A stretch of DNA of 43,881 nucleotides from a virus. Positions 31,801 through 41,237 of this stretch are shown in pieces. Position 1 is the stretch's first letter, and every line of letters begins with the position of its first letter. The notes under the pieces are model-generated. The model saw only the letters and a list, made by a program, of their open reading frames with translations. It did not search any database and had not been told where the DNA came from. The position numbers and the translations under genes were made by a program. The stretch lies in IMG/VR virus record IMGVR_UViG_3300033149_002206; one strand, 5' to 3'.

Positions 31801-33740
31801 TCTGTCGGCGTAGGAGCCTTAAGACTTTTTTCTTTTGCTTGCTTGTAAGCATCATATTCACCTTGAATATTATTGTAATATTCTTGTTCAGCAAAGTCAA
31901 TTTCTTCTTTTGATAAACCCTGTCGCAATAAATCCTTTTTTCTAACAAGCCATTCCAACTCTACGGCCATTGGATGATTACTGGCCAGCGCATTGTCGAG
32001 AGCAGAGCGACTTATTTTGCCTTCCATTCCTCCCCGCTTGGCAGCATAAGCAGCTTGTATTGCCTCTACAAATAAAGAAACATCGGGAACATTTTCTCTG
32101 CCAGGCAACTTATCAGAGTATTGCATAATTTCTTCAGGTGTATCACTTGCCCTAATGAAGTTTTCATTTGCCCATTCATCTATCTTGAAGTTGTGCTTTC
32201 TATCTCCAGGCTTTCCCTTCTTAAATATTTTCTTAAGATACGGATTATCCTGCACAACATCACGAATTTCACCCCAATCCTTTGGGTCGATATAATATGG
32301 TTGCTTGACATTAAGCGGTACTCTATCTGCCAAGCTGCCACCAGCTTGACTTTCTTCTCCCTGGACGAATTTATATGCTTCATTATTAAGTATTTGCTTA
32401 TTGACCTCACCAATAGCACGAGTATTTATCTTGGGTGTCTGCGGGGCTTTTGGCTTTATGGCGATTGGCGTCTTGGGGACGGGCTGCTGCGTTTTAACAA
32501 TAGGATATTTGCCAAAGTCTTTAACAGTAACATCACCAGACGGCGAGGGAGTAAGTTTGCCTTCTGACAATCCTGTATAATACGCTCTTACTCTATCCCA
32601 TTGAGTTTTATCGCCAGTTTCCCGAAATATTTTCCGTGCCTCAAGAACCTCTCGTTTGGCTTTCAGATGAGACTCTTGCACTTTACGCTGTTGTTCAGGC
32701 GTTAGAGATGTTTCACCTCTCGCTTCTCTTCTTTGTGCCTCTTTTATGATAGCCTTTTTATACTTATTGAAAAAATAATCATCTACCAATTTACCGAATT
32801 TAGGATGGTTCTTGAGAAATAATTTCCAGCCAGCTTTGACAAGAGATGCGCTCATACTGAATAGCCCAAAACCCCCAACAGTCCCAGCCGCAGTCCTAAT
32901 ACCGTTTTCTCCGTAATCAGTACCAGTGTCAACTTTACCAGCCAGAGATTTTACGATGTTTGATATAGATATGTAAATAGCACCAATTTGCTCGGCACGC
33001 AACGCTTTAGAGCCCCAATCAGTACCCTTTACTAAAAGATTAAATCTTGCCCCAATTTCGCCCGCCGTCTGTGCACCACCCAAGATTTCAGCAGTGCCTG
33101 CTATTAGCTTCGTAAATCCCGATGGATTGTAATTGGCAGCCCAACCCATAGCCTTTATTAAATCCATATTATAAACGTCTTCGGTTAAGGCATTCTCGGG
33201 GACAACTCTTTTAACAATAGCCCAACCTAACTGTGGTATTTCAAGGCAACGGCCTATTGTGCCTCGTAGCGATATGTACATTACTGGGCTTAACGCATCG
33301 TGAAACTTCTCATAACGGCCTTTTTTCGTCCAGCGAGCCTCTTCATTACCACCAATGAAAAAGCCCTTAATTTTCTCCCACGTGGTTCGTGGTCGTGGTA
33401 GCGTGAGATATTGCTGGTCGCCCTGCTCAACTAATTCAAATTGCGGAATATCTTTTCTCTGAAGACCAGTATAAGCGTCCCTAATAAATCCTAAATTTAG
33501 TGAAGGCACTGTTCCATAATCATCAAAAGCTGGCGGTTGAGAAGGGTCGTATATTTGCTCAACAGTGCCTATTGGCAGTTCTAATTCAGAAGCAATATCA
33601 ACAAATTGTCTGGGAGCGTCAGGCTTTAATACCCAATCAACAATTTCTTGTGAAGTATATCTTCGCCTTAATTCATCTATTTCTGGGGAACGACCATATC
33701 TTCGCTCTAACTCATTTATGTAATCCAATTTAGTAGGCAT
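28866..33740 (-). CDS. Giant internal virion/ejection protein (T7 gp16 position; tape-measure-like C-terminal region)
   Basis: 1624 aa, the largest gene, immediately upstream of the fiber gene. It has long helical/coiled regions and hydrophobic segments near the C-terminus. Confidence 0.65.
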   Translation of the reverse strand: MPTKLDYINELERRYGRSPEIDELRRRYTSQEIVDWVLKPDAPRQFVDIASELELPIGTVEQIYDPSQPPAFDDYGTVPSLNLGFIRDAYTGLQRKDIPQFELVEQGDQQYLTLPRPRTTWEKIKGFFIGGNEEARWTKKGRYEKFHDALSPVMYISLRGTIGRCLEIPQLGWAIVKRVVPENALTEDVYNMDLIKAMGWAANYNPSGFTKLIAGTAEILGGAQTAGEIGARFNLLVKGTDWGSKALRAEQIGAIYISISNIVKSLAGKVDTGTDYGENGIRTAAGTVGGFGLFSMSASLVKAGWKLFLKNHPKFGKLVDDYFFNKYKKAIIKEAQRREARGETSLTPEQQRKVQESHLKAKREVLEARKIFRETGDKTQWDRVRAYYTGLSEGKLTPSPSGDVTVKDFGKYPIVKTQQPVPKTPIAIKPKAPQTPKINTRAIGEVNKQILNNEAYKFVQGEESQAGGSLADRVPLNVKQPYYIDPKDWGEIRDVVQDNPYLKKIFKKGKPGDRKHNFKIDEWANENFIRASDTPEEIMQYSDKLPGRENVPDVSLFVEAIQAAYAAKRGGMEGKISRSALDNALASNHPMAVELEWLVRKKDLLRQGLSKEEIDFAEQEYYNNIQGEYDAYKQAKEKSLKAPTPTDIDTASYEAEERRAIQEESKISEADISDFLEGITSETPPAPKRSVDLLGRVELKGGAKGKQQEFLDKEQYKTLKERERIVAENDLVGQQTFLTSPKKGKGLASGFALLPPVSVVNEIGAEHPNIDVPYSQKDIGILQNYILTPVNQASHTGNLDIIKATQTMALAGIKMNNEIRAVLHDDQAIYKSLPRGYKKDNGKKFFELMDKHFSPEEIDQAKDIPDKVKVVLKHFKLQDENVRQEIIKQKRKLAAAAYRNKTLTELQRMAVENDIAITKQGKTKRINRTKAELSEELANKEISNEWGRQWSHIQHIFFGQYELFYTLMGEKGPEKHFIGRAETRAEAYQKLLDWKNARKAAGYKDYNTIQLTASPEINIPLDVLRLSKGQYGVLRKQLKEAADMTSQEISDALKGVISTKARKQKWWGALMFRTGKSGFSTDFWKVWSAQTTQFVRWKHLNQMNKDVEPLIEKVRAQGLTGWANYLEDTKNFIWGTRRSVASKALDQLLERIPVLGDYVKPFALERWAGLIKSFQYWTKLQTGRFYVLNSLQPLQTLWPVVGEKGLYKGFKLYYSKEGQELLKKYNVSGISGKLHETLAIKGRKFERYTPAGASEIRNQGVAFLSLFDYAKTKLGYTDADAARYGILRGQLFTQFTYTGGDVPRAMRGPIGGVVLQFKRFQVKNLELFSRLIREGNYGGAARWVAALGLLGGVRLLTSSLSLIGAGAYVTKKIYDYIKKEYGEDVADTIAYGIPALLGVDMSGSLTPLDVPYGRNIPEKIGNTILGASGQQIVRLFTDMASDEVAKEVGLANRALKSIAETSPTIKQFQFLVKALQKDTSTYDTRQRKRYKLEVVDLWKKAFGFRPVEESRQRMIIEAMIEIKMDYDDVCDSLALSLIELGSIADLPDDYTKWPAEAKKILSKIQRQARNWQATYPEFSITSESVLERIKNRTEAREFTQLQREWVRLSKNLKKAFVQDVKQKE

Positions 33741-35080
33741 TATTTTATTATTCTTCGCAATAATTCCTCATCGGATAATTTGGATAAGTCTTTTGTCGGC
33801 ACCTTTTCCTTGGGCAACCCCTTCATAATTGACTCTTCCGTTCGGGAACGGTAAAATGGTAATTTCCTGCGTGCTTCAATGTAATAATCACTTTCAACTG
33901 CATCAGGATGCTCAGCCCGCCAGTCTCGCATAGATTGATTGAACTGCGACAAATTTTCAAGCTCAATCTGCCTTTGGGTAAGAAGATGTTTTTTCTTCTT
34001 ATCTGGGAGTCGGCTAATCAAAGTTAGGAAATCTTGTTCGCTTGGTACACTAACTAATTGCCCTTTCGCATAAGCATAGGCATCAGCCAGGCCTTTGGCT
34101 TGAGACGACTTTAATTGTTTTGTCCCCAGTGTTCGCAGTTCATCATAAGCCTCATCATCTATTAACGGGCTATCACTTATAACATCACCAAAGACATATT
34201 TGACCTTATTCTTAATAACCTTACCATATCTGGCTTCGTAAAGCATTTTTTCGTAATCTTTTTCCTTTACTGTTCCCAGCGAGATTTGGTATGCTTTTTG
34301 CTCTAAATCACCCTTAACCAGTTGGTTGGTTTGTATCTCCTCTTTGCGGTTATATTCGACCTCCTGAATACGAATAAGTCTTCTTAAGGCGGTTTGTTCG
34401 GTTTCGGGTATTAAATCATTCTTGGCTAACTCTTTTGCTTTTGAAAAATCACCAGTAGTAGAAGCAGCCTCAACAGCGGCGTGAACTTCATTTATTGCAT
34501 TTTCGGCGGCTTGCTCTAATGCTTCTTGCTTAAGTTTTTCCTTGTATAATTTAGCTTCGGTCGGTGTCATTACCTTGGCTAAATGAGACGTAAGAGATAA
34601 TTCAGTTTCCTGTATTTTTATTGGATTGCCAGTGATTAGCGCATTCATATAATCATCGGACAATCTCATCGTTGTTTCTTTTTCAAGTTCTTTTATATCC
34701 TGAAGCGATGCTTTAGCGATGGAGGTCTCTGCCCAGATTTTTACTCTGTTCTCTGCCAGTTTTCGCATTTCTGGCGTAAGTCTCTGCTGGCCTAAAGCAG
34801 ACCACACAGTGTTTATATGTTTTCGCAGAACTTCAGGCCTCTTCTCTAATGGTGTGTTCTGAATATCTGCCTGATATGCTAATTCGGCGTTGGTCATTGC
34901 GGCATCGATATTAGAGAGTCCGAGTTTGTTCTGCATATCAATTTTTCGGCGAGCTAATTCGTCAAGAACCTTGCCAATAGTCTCAAGAGACTGTGCTTCC
35001 GCAGTACTAAACGGGAAATCGCCAGCCAGCACAGGTTTTTTAACAGGAACAGGTTCTCTTGATAAATATCTCGGTATCAC
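33740..35080 (-). CDS. Internal virion protein (T7 gp15 position)
   Basis: 446 aa from GTG 35080 (GTGA overlap; SD GGGAGG 8 nt upstream). Highly helical. Confidence 0.55.
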   Translation of the reverse strand: MIPRYLSREPVPVKKPVLAGDFPFSTAEAQSLETIGKVLDELARRKIDMQNKLGLSNIDAAMTNAELAYQADIQNTPLEKRPEVLRKHINTVWSALGQQRLTPEMRKLAENRVKIWAETSIAKASLQDIKELEKETTMRLSDDYMNALITGNPIKIQETELSLTSHLAKVMTPTEAKLYKEKLKQEALEQAAENAINEVHAAVEAASTTGDFSKAKELAKNDLIPETEQTALRRLIRIQEVEYNRKEEIQTNQLVKGDLEQKAYQISLGTVKEKDYEKMLYEARYGKVIKNKVKYVFGDVISDSPLIDDEAYDELRTLGTKQLKSSQAKGLADAYAYAKGQLVSVPSEQDFLTLISRLPDKKKKHLLTQRQIELENLSQFNQSMRDWRAEHPDAVESDYYIEARRKLPFYRSRTEESIMKGLPKEKVPTKDLSKLSDEELLRRIIK

Positions 35081-35652
35081 GCCCACGCCCTCCCACTATA
35101 AACAGGACTTGTAAAGTAACCCGACCTGATATTTGATGTGGTAGCTGATGTGGTAGTCGTTGTAGTTGTGCCAGAACTAAAAAGATTATTTTTGCCAATA
35201 GAGCCAAGAATAGACGAGCCAGCTTTAATATAAGAGGCTCTTTTGGCTTGTAACCCCAGTGTCTTTGCCCATTTACCACGTGCAAGCTCAAGCTGGGCAG
35301 CTTCCGAAAATGATTGAGCGTCAAATAACCCTTGTCTTAAAATTAAATTCCTATCGAGAGCAAACTGATATGCTGTATCGGCGAGAACACTTAAGGTAGA
35401 GCCTGCAATAGAAACGCCAGATTTACCAATGGCAGCCCTCTGTGCGCTCTGTATGAGTTTCTGCCTTTTACTAAGCCTCTGCTCTTCGATAAAAGACGCT
35501 TCCTGCCTTGCTTTAGCCTGTCTCCGCAGCGCCGCTGCATTGCGTTCTGCAATCTTTTCCTGAAATCTACCCTGTGCTTCAGCAATCTGGCCTTGCTTAA
35601 TGGCCGACGCAGCCGATAAAGCAGCAGCCGAAGTAACAAGTGTCGTTGACAT
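35077..35652 (-). CDS. Internal virion protein (T7 gp14 position)
   Basis: 191 aa, Ala/Gln-rich N-terminus MSTTLVTSAAALSAASAIKQGQIAEAQ. Confidence 0.5.
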   Translation of the reverse strand: MSTTLVTSAAALSAASAIKQGQIAEAQGRFQEKIAERNAAALRRQAKARQEASFIEEQRLSKRQKLIQSAQRAAIGKSGVSIAGSTLSVLADTAYQFALDRNLILRQGLFDAQSFSEAAQLELARGKWAKTLGLQAKRASYIKAGSSILGSIGKNNLFSSGTTTTTTTSATTSNIRSGYFTSPVYSGRAWA

Positions 35653-36056
35653 TATAACACCACGTATTTCATATATGTATGATGATTATATTCTTTTGTT
35701 TCGTTTGTTTTCTTGAAACCGACTAACTTTGCCAGTTTTTCACCTTTTTTGAAATTCTTGAGTACGTAAGTATAAATTGGTGTTTTTACCGTTTGAATTA
35801 AAAATTCCGCCGTCTCTATAATAACTTTCGCTAATTCTATGGACTGATACCCTTTGGCGACTTTTAGCCATAAAAAAGTATCGTCCAGAAAAACAATTCC
35901 CCCACAGGCAATTATCTTATCATCCTGAACGGCAGTTACAGCAGCACCATTCTTAACAGCATTGAGAAAATTATCGGTGGGGAAATCGGGACAAAACGGC
36001 TCGACAGCCTTAATATCAATCCAGTCCTGTAATTCGAATGGTCTGTATAATATCAC
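35652..36056 (-). CDS. GNAT-fold acetyltransferase-like protein (T7 gp13 position)
   Basis: 134 aa. AVTAVQDDKIIACGGIVFLDDTFLWLKVAKGYQ...LAKLVGFKKT resembles GNAT beta2-beta4/alpha3 and the C-terminal GF motif. There is no clean Q/RxxGxG/A motif. Confidence 0.4.
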   Translation of the reverse strand: MILYRPFELQDWIDIKAVEPFCPDFPTDNFLNAVKNGAAVTAVQDDKIIACGGIVFLDDTFLWLKVAKGYQSIELAKVIIETAEFLIQTVKTPIYTYVLKNFKKGEKLAKLVGFKKTNETKEYNHHTYMKYVVL

Positions 36057-36718
36057 CTTCGCTCTTCTACGTCAAATGATATAATAGTTGATAAAACCGT
36101 AAACGGGTACGGCTCTTCTGATAAAATAGTCGTATAGGCGTCTTCGGTAAAACCGCCCTTATTTAAGATAACAGCGTCCTGTGAGGACGTACTGAAGGTT
36201 GTATTTAAATCAGATAGATATTCAGTTCCGCCGTATTCCTGACCTGCCTTACCGCCTTTCGAGCGGATGTACCTTACTACTGTCTCGTAAACCTTCTTAA
36301 TTCTCGATTGCAAAGTACCTCCCTGCTGTGGCACGGCAAGACGCATCGTTCTAACCTTCATTGTGTACGGCAGTCCGACCTGATAAGTATAAACGTCTTG
36401 AGGAACGGTTATAGAGCCGTTAGAGACTGTATAAGAACCCACTACCGAACCGCCTGACGTTAAGGTAACAGTCTCGCCCTCTAAATGGTCAAGGCCTGAT
36501 ATGGTCGTTGTTCCCGAAGCATCATCGTATTCCCTTACGTAACCATCTGTAATGGTTGAGGTGAACTGGACATAATCAGAACTGCCTTTGGTAGCGGTTA
36601 GTTTGAAGGTATCTTCGTCTGCATCGCCAACGTAATAGTAGCCATCCAGCCACGATACATATATCGGGTCGTCATTGGAATATCCGTGATTTGGAATGTA
36701 GACTATAAGGTCAGCCAT
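36053..36718 (-). CDS. Tail/nozzle-associated protein sharing an insertion domain with the nozzle protein
   Basis: NHGYSNDDPIYVSWL...DTFKLT parallels AHGYSNGDWIKIESV...DTFELT in 37189..39570. HLEGETVTL...SNGSITV...GLPYTMKVRTMRL is a beta-rich tail motif. Confidence 0.5.
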   Translation of the reverse strand: MADLIVYIPNHGYSNDDPIYVSWLDGYYYVGDADEDTFKLTATKGSSDYVQFTSTITDGYVREYDDASGTTTISGLDHLEGETVTLTSGGSVVGSYTVSNGSITVPQDVYTYQVGLPYTMKVRTMRLAVPQQGGTLQSRIKKVYETVVRYIRSKGGKAGQEYGGTEYLSDLNTTFSTSSQDAVILNKGGFTEDAYTTILSEEPYPFTVLSTIISFDVEERR

Positions 36719-36721
36719 ATT

Positions 36722-37177
36722 TTATCCATTATTACTTCTTGATAGTTCAACCCAATTATTACCGACCTTTATCAATGTGAGTGCATCTGAACCTGAATCT
36801 AAAGAAAAATCAGTTCCAGCAAGAAAAATATTGTCTGTGCGATTTTTTATAACCACGGTTCTGGATTCGTTTGCAGCTCTTAAAATTAGAAGCACACCAT
36901 CTGTACCACCATTTATTGTGTCTAAATTATCAGTTGAGGCCTCCCCTTCCGTATCAATAACGTGATAGCTATGTGTTATTGTGATAGCGCCGGAAGAAAT
37001 AATCAGTTTATTTGCTGTCGGTAGAGATAAAAACGTTCCAACATCAATTTTGCCAGTTGTTTCAAGACTATCAGCAGTAATATCACTATGCGTACCATCA
37101 CTATTATGCTCTTCTTCTATAACTGCGTTTAGCGTAGCACCCCAATTTGTATCACCTTCACTTGGTAAAGTTGCCAT
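36722..37177 (-). CDS. Small tail fiber-like protein
   Basis: The N-terminus LPSEGDTNWGATLNAVIEE is a common tail-fiber N-terminal motif. Confidence 0.5.
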   Translation of the reverse strand: MATLPSEGDTNWGATLNAVIEEEHNSDGTHSDITADSLETTGKIDVGTFLSLPTANKLIISSGAITITHSYHVIDTEGEASTDNLDTINGGTDGVLLILRAANESRTVVIKNRTDNIFLAGTDFSLDSGSDALTLIKVGNNWVELSRSNNG

Positions 37178-37188
37178 TTTTATTCCTC

Positions 37189-39570
37189 TTAAAGTGTTCC
37201 ACCATATAAACTTGAGCCATACAGGCCACTACCATACCTAACTGTATCAGAAGCTAATGCTATCTCTTTGGATTCAAAGGATGATTCCACAACCACAGCA
37301 CTATCTAACATCATCGCCTCGTCAATCTGGTCGAAGTATCTGGTAGCAAAGCGCTCAATATATCTTACAGTCGTTCCGTTTATTACTCTTCTTACCGAAA
37401 CCCAGACCTCATCCTCTATATCACCGTGTATTACAGCCACAGACTCGAAATAACCACCAGCCGTATCTGCATCAACAGTGTTTTGTGTTAAATGCCTGCT
37501 CCAGCCTGCTACTTCCTCGTCAGGCTCGTAACAAAACGATAAAAGGACACCATCACTTCTAACTATCCAGACAAGAGAGTCAGGTATCCTTTGAATGGCC
37601 ATACAGGTCGGAGACGACTCCAATAAAGTATTGGCAAGCAAAGTAGCATCTGCAGCCCTGAAGTCTTCAGCAATCGCATCGTATCTCATCGCCCTCAATT
37701 TGCGACCCTGACGCTGAAAAAAGAATATAGCGTTATTCAAAATTAAAGGCTGGATATTATTACTACCAAAAGACGTTTGAGGCTTGGCCTTCCTGTCGTC
37801 TGGCGTTATGGGATTGTCGGGATTAGATGCACTTAAGCGATATTCTTTATTGGCAGAGCCTACCGCCATAACCTCACGTGCCATCATCCACTGGAGTTGA
37901 GAGACCTCATTGTCATTTATTGGCATTATTACAGCATCATCGTCAAGACCAGTATCGGTATATTCCATATTCTCGTAATCAGATGTCTTGGACGACCACA
38001 ATGTATCAGGATTATTCGTACTCGATAGCCACCATAATCTATCCTCGTAAAATCCTACCGAACGGGGATAACCTCTGTAATCACTCCACGCACCCTCCGC
38101 CCACATAGACTTATCAGGGTCAACCCCCACACCCTCCCAATATAATTGGTCAACCACTTCACAATCAACGTGCTGGGAGTCTGTATAGCCCGTAATTCTG
38201 ACAATACCACGGCTTACCTGATTTTTCGCCGTTAAAGTGCCATTTATCGTACCGACAGAACGTGTTATGGCATAATAGACGTTATCTTCATCTTCGGTAG
38301 CAGAATAATTAGTGGCAGCGCTGAAAGTCCTGTATTCCTGCCAATCGTAATTGCCGACTTTTCGCCATAATTTAGCTGAATCGCCAGAATTAAAAGTATC
38401 ACAAACAAATGTAAAATCACCCTTGATTTTGATAGCATTAAGTAAGTTTTCTGGTGCTGTATTATCATCGTTGGCAAAAGTAGAAGTGCTATTGTCTTTT
38501 CTTGTATGCTTGAGTAGCCATAAAGAACCTACGTGATTTTCATTAAACGGCTCGTGATTTTCGGCTACAAGCGTACCAGCACGTCCAGACTCAAAATAAT
38601 GGCTGTTATCGGCAATAGCATATTCATCACCAGTATCCCAGTCGTTCTCTTTACCGCCAGTTAAAGTAGCTGTAACCGTAGTAGCGGTATTGGCAGTAAT
38701 AATCCCGATAGAGCCGTCAGTAACATTATTAACAAAAAGCCCGACAAGTTCATTGGTATCCCAGCTTTGGCTACTGTCTGTCAGTGTATCCTGATTTTGT
38801 CCGCCATCGTGAGTACCATAACGGTCTTCGTCAGGTATAAATCTTATAGTATAATTTACATTAGTATTCTCATCAAGAAAAGGCCCACCTCTAAAAGGAA
38901 CATCTTCTATCGTCCAGTCGGTGTCGGAGTTTCGTGATAGTTTCTGCGGATGATGGTCTTCGTGTGCTATATACATCACATCGGCAGATTGGGTAGTGTG
39001 GATTTCAAAGGCTTCTTCGGAAGTGTAAGGCGAGGTTATTTCATAAACTCTTTTGCACGTACCGCCTGAGTCATAATCGTCATAATCAGTGCCGTCTACG
39101 TTATTGCCTTCGGTATCGGTTAATTCGAATGTATCGGTAGTTACATTGGCAACGATGTACTCTTTGTCGTTAAGCTCGGTCATTCCCTGAACCGACTCTA
39201 TTTTTATCCAATCGCCATTTGAGTATCCGTGTGCCGTGGACGTGATAACTACTGGGTCGGCTTTTGTTGCACCGCTAATGTTTTTAGCTGTCTCATATAT
39301 CCTGTCGCCGTTTTTATAGAACCGTATTTTAAGATTGCTGAACTCTAAAATTAAGGCATCATCAACGGAAAACTCGAATGATTTAAGGTTACATTTATTG
39401 GGAGCTTTGGCGATATATTGAGTACCCGACCGCTTTACCACTCCGCCGTGCGGCAAAACAGTGGCGTTGATTAGCTTCGAGCAGCCATTATAATACTTAT
39501 TATAGTCGGTGCGACCCGAAACGTATTCGGATAATTCACCAGCGTTATAGGATGTTTTTATTATCTTCAT
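37189..39570 (-). CDS. Tail tubular protein B / nozzle (T7 gp12-like)
   Basis: 793 aa (T7 gp12 is 794). The N-terminus YNAGELSEYVSGRTDYNKYYNGCSKLINATVLPHGGVVKRSGTQY fits the gp12-type pattern. Confidence 0.7.
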   Translation of the reverse strand: MKIIKTSYNAGELSEYVSGRTDYNKYYNGCSKLINATVLPHGGVVKRSGTQYIAKAPNKCNLKSFEFSVDDALILEFSNLKIRFYKNGDRIYETAKNISGATKADPVVITSTAHGYSNGDWIKIESVQGMTELNDKEYIVANVTTDTFELTDTEGNNVDGTDYDDYDSGGTCKRVYEITSPYTSEEAFEIHTTQSADVMYIAHEDHHPQKLSRNSDTDWTIEDVPFRGGPFLDENTNVNYTIRFIPDEDRYGTHDGGQNQDTLTDSSQSWDTNELVGLFVNNVTDGSIGIITANTATTVTATLTGGKENDWDTGDEYAIADNSHYFESGRAGTLVAENHEPFNENHVGSLWLLKHTRKDNSTSTFANDDNTAPENLLNAIKIKGDFTFVCDTFNSGDSAKLWRKVGNYDWQEYRTFSAATNYSATEDEDNVYYAITRSVGTINGTLTAKNQVSRGIVRITGYTDSQHVDCEVVDQLYWEGVGVDPDKSMWAEGAWSDYRGYPRSVGFYEDRLWWLSSTNNPDTLWSSKTSDYENMEYTDTGLDDDAVIMPINDNEVSQLQWMMAREVMAVGSANKEYRLSASNPDNPITPDDRKAKPQTSFGSNNIQPLILNNAIFFFQRQGRKLRAMRYDAIAEDFRAADATLLANTLLESSPTCMAIQRIPDSLVWIVRSDGVLLSFCYEPDEEVAGWSRHLTQNTVDADTAGGYFESVAVIHGDIEDEVWVSVRRVINGTTVRYIERFATRYFDQIDEAMMLDSAVVVESSFESKEIALASDTVRYGSGLYGSSLYGGTL

Positions 39571-39938
39571 TCGCCAATAAATGTTAAATCAAACGTACCG
39601 CCACTTGTGCCAGGGTCTCCAGACGGCGTTATAGTTACCTTACTGCCAGGGGGAAGAAGAACTTTTGTGTCTGCTGTTAATGTTACTACTTCGGTTGCAT
39701 TTTCCGCCCAGTCGGCCTTGGTATACAATTCGTATGAGTCTTCATCGTATATTGTTGTGGTATAAGTAATTGCATTGGTAGAATTGTTGGTTTTGCCTAT
39801 AATGACACCCACCTTACCATTTATTAGTATATCTTTTGTTAAGGCACCAGTCTCACCATTTGCCCACGTGAATTGGTCAAATTCCACCCGCCAGACTGGA
39901 TTTTTATCAGACTCTGGCCTGAAATCCGTAATTTTCAT
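39567..39938 (-). CDS. Hypothetical virion-module protein
   Basis: 123 aa, beta-rich, translationally coupled. Confidence 0.5.
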   Translation of the reverse strand: MKITDFRPESDKNPVWRVEFDQFTWANGETGALTKDILINGKVGVIIGKTNNSTNAITYTTTIYDEDSYELYTKADWAENATEVVTLTADTKVLLPPGSKVTITPSGDPGTSGGTFDLTFIGE

Positions 39939-39947
39939 TTTTGCACC

Positions 39948-40436
39948 TCAAAAATATCTTGCGTAAATTTTGATACTCGTAACCGAAGAAAAAGACTTCG
40001 TATAAAACTTGATATATTGATAACCGATAGCATCAAAGGCAAACTTGGCAGGATGACCATTACCGCTATCAGCAGCGGATATTCCACAAGACGCCAAATG
40101 ATATGAAGTCATCTCAATGGTATCACACCAAATATCAGTGCCACTTTCACTAACCGTGCTAAATGTCAGCGCTAAAGATGCTATGTATTCTTCGGGGCCA
40201 CCCTGCGATGCGCCTGTAATAACGACAGTACCAATACCAGCTTGGTCTGCAAGAAATAACATCTCAAGCCTGTTAGCTTTAGTCTCTTTGCCCGCAGCGC
40301 CGTAATTAGCCGACAGAAGATTTATATCACCTGACGTTACACCGAGCGGGAACGAAGAAGGCTCTGTATCCGTACCATCACCCGTATAGACAAGACTGTA
40401 ACTATCAATAACAGTTTGTTCGGCGTTATTTATCAT
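39948..40436 (-). CDS. Hypothetical virion-module protein
   Basis: 162 aa from ATG 40436 (ATGA overlap with the upstream stop). Confidence 0.5.
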   Translation of the reverse strand: MINNAEQTVIDSYSLVYTGDGTDTEPSSFPLGVTSGDINLLSANYGAAGKETKANRLEMLFLADQAGIGTVVITGASQGGPEEYIASLALTFSTVSESGTDIWCDTIEMTSYHLASCGISAADSGNGHPAKFAFDAIGYQYIKFYTKSFSSVTSIKIYARYF

Positions 40437-41221
40437 ACCACGTACCAGCCACCACTTGAGCCCTGACGTGCTCTTAACCATTCGGAATTGAATATTCTTC
40501 TGGGCTTGCCCTGCATAGCGTCAACAGACCTCGCTTTCGGCATAGTCAATCGCTCGAATTCGTTAATTAAATCTATCTTGCCTTTGGTATCGTTGGTGAG
40601 TAAGGTGATAATTTTAATTGCTAATTTAACAGCAATGGCCTGCTTTAGTCTGGGACTGAATTTGGTGGTGTCTGTTAATTGTGTGATATATTCCACGTAA
40701 ATTACCTTGTAATCGCCACCAGTAGATGAGATGTAGCCTGAACTTAAATCATCAGCAACAGTCGTTGAAGTGTGCGGTATTAAAACCTCATAAGTTGTAG
40801 AGTTGAACGAGAAGAACTCGCCATCTATATAATCCGTACCAGTTGACCACGTTTGCGGTGTCGTACCAGCGTCGGAAAGAATATAATCACCTTCTACTTC
40901 CCACGCATCGATGTTTTCTTGATGATTACTGACATCCGCACCAATGGAGTCATTTACCGATAATACTCTTAAACAGTCCGAAGGAATGGCGTACCGTTCA
41001 TCATAACCAAATATAGGGTCATCGGCCTCCTGTGCTATGATAACTCTTCTCTTTGCTTCGTTCCACGGATGTGATACTAAAACTTCATCTCTTGCCTGTT
41101 CATAATATCTGTTACAGGCGATATATTGCTGGGTAGTAGTAGAAGAGTCATCATCCACGTAATACTCGCCAATATATCCAAGCGCAAGATTATATATCAG
41201 TCTTTCATTTGTTATAGCCAT
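40433..41221 (-). CDS. Head-tail adaptor / tail tubular protein A-like (T7 gp11 position)
   Basis: 262 aa from ATG 41221 (SD GCGGAG). LALGYIG...CNRYYEQARDEVLVSHPWNEAKRR...YAIPSDCLRV fits the adaptor pattern. Confidence 0.5.
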   Translation of the reverse strand: MAITNERLIYNLALGYIGEYYVDDDSSTTTQQYIACNRYYEQARDEVLVSHPWNEAKRRVIIAQEADDPIFGYDERYAIPSDCLRVLSVNDSIGADVSNHQENIDAWEVEGDYILSDAGTTPQTWSTGTDYIDGEFFSFNSTTYEVLIPHTSTTVADDLSSGYISSTGGDYKVIYVEYITQLTDTTKFSPRLKQAIAVKLAIKIITLLTNDTKGKIDLINEFERLTMPKARSVDAMQGKPRRIFNSEWLRARQGSSGGWYVV

Positions 41222-41237
41222 ACATAAGCTCCGCTGT

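Noticed and set aside
28866-33740. Antisense and alternative-frame ORFs inside the 1624-aa gene (29879..30064, 30466..30726, 30981..31199, 31376..31813, 31724..31948, 32121..32567, 32180..32419, 33500..33733)
   Set aside because: All are embedded in one long, uninterrupted gene whose position and size fit a T7 gp16-like internal protein. None has an SD or a protein-like composition.
36719-37188. Stop-codon recoding or a programmed frameshift to explain the apparently split nozzle/tail proteins
   Set aside because: Each ORF has its own SD and start and ends in an ordinary stop. The intervening gene encodes an independent fiber-like protein. All large late genes are intact under the standard code.
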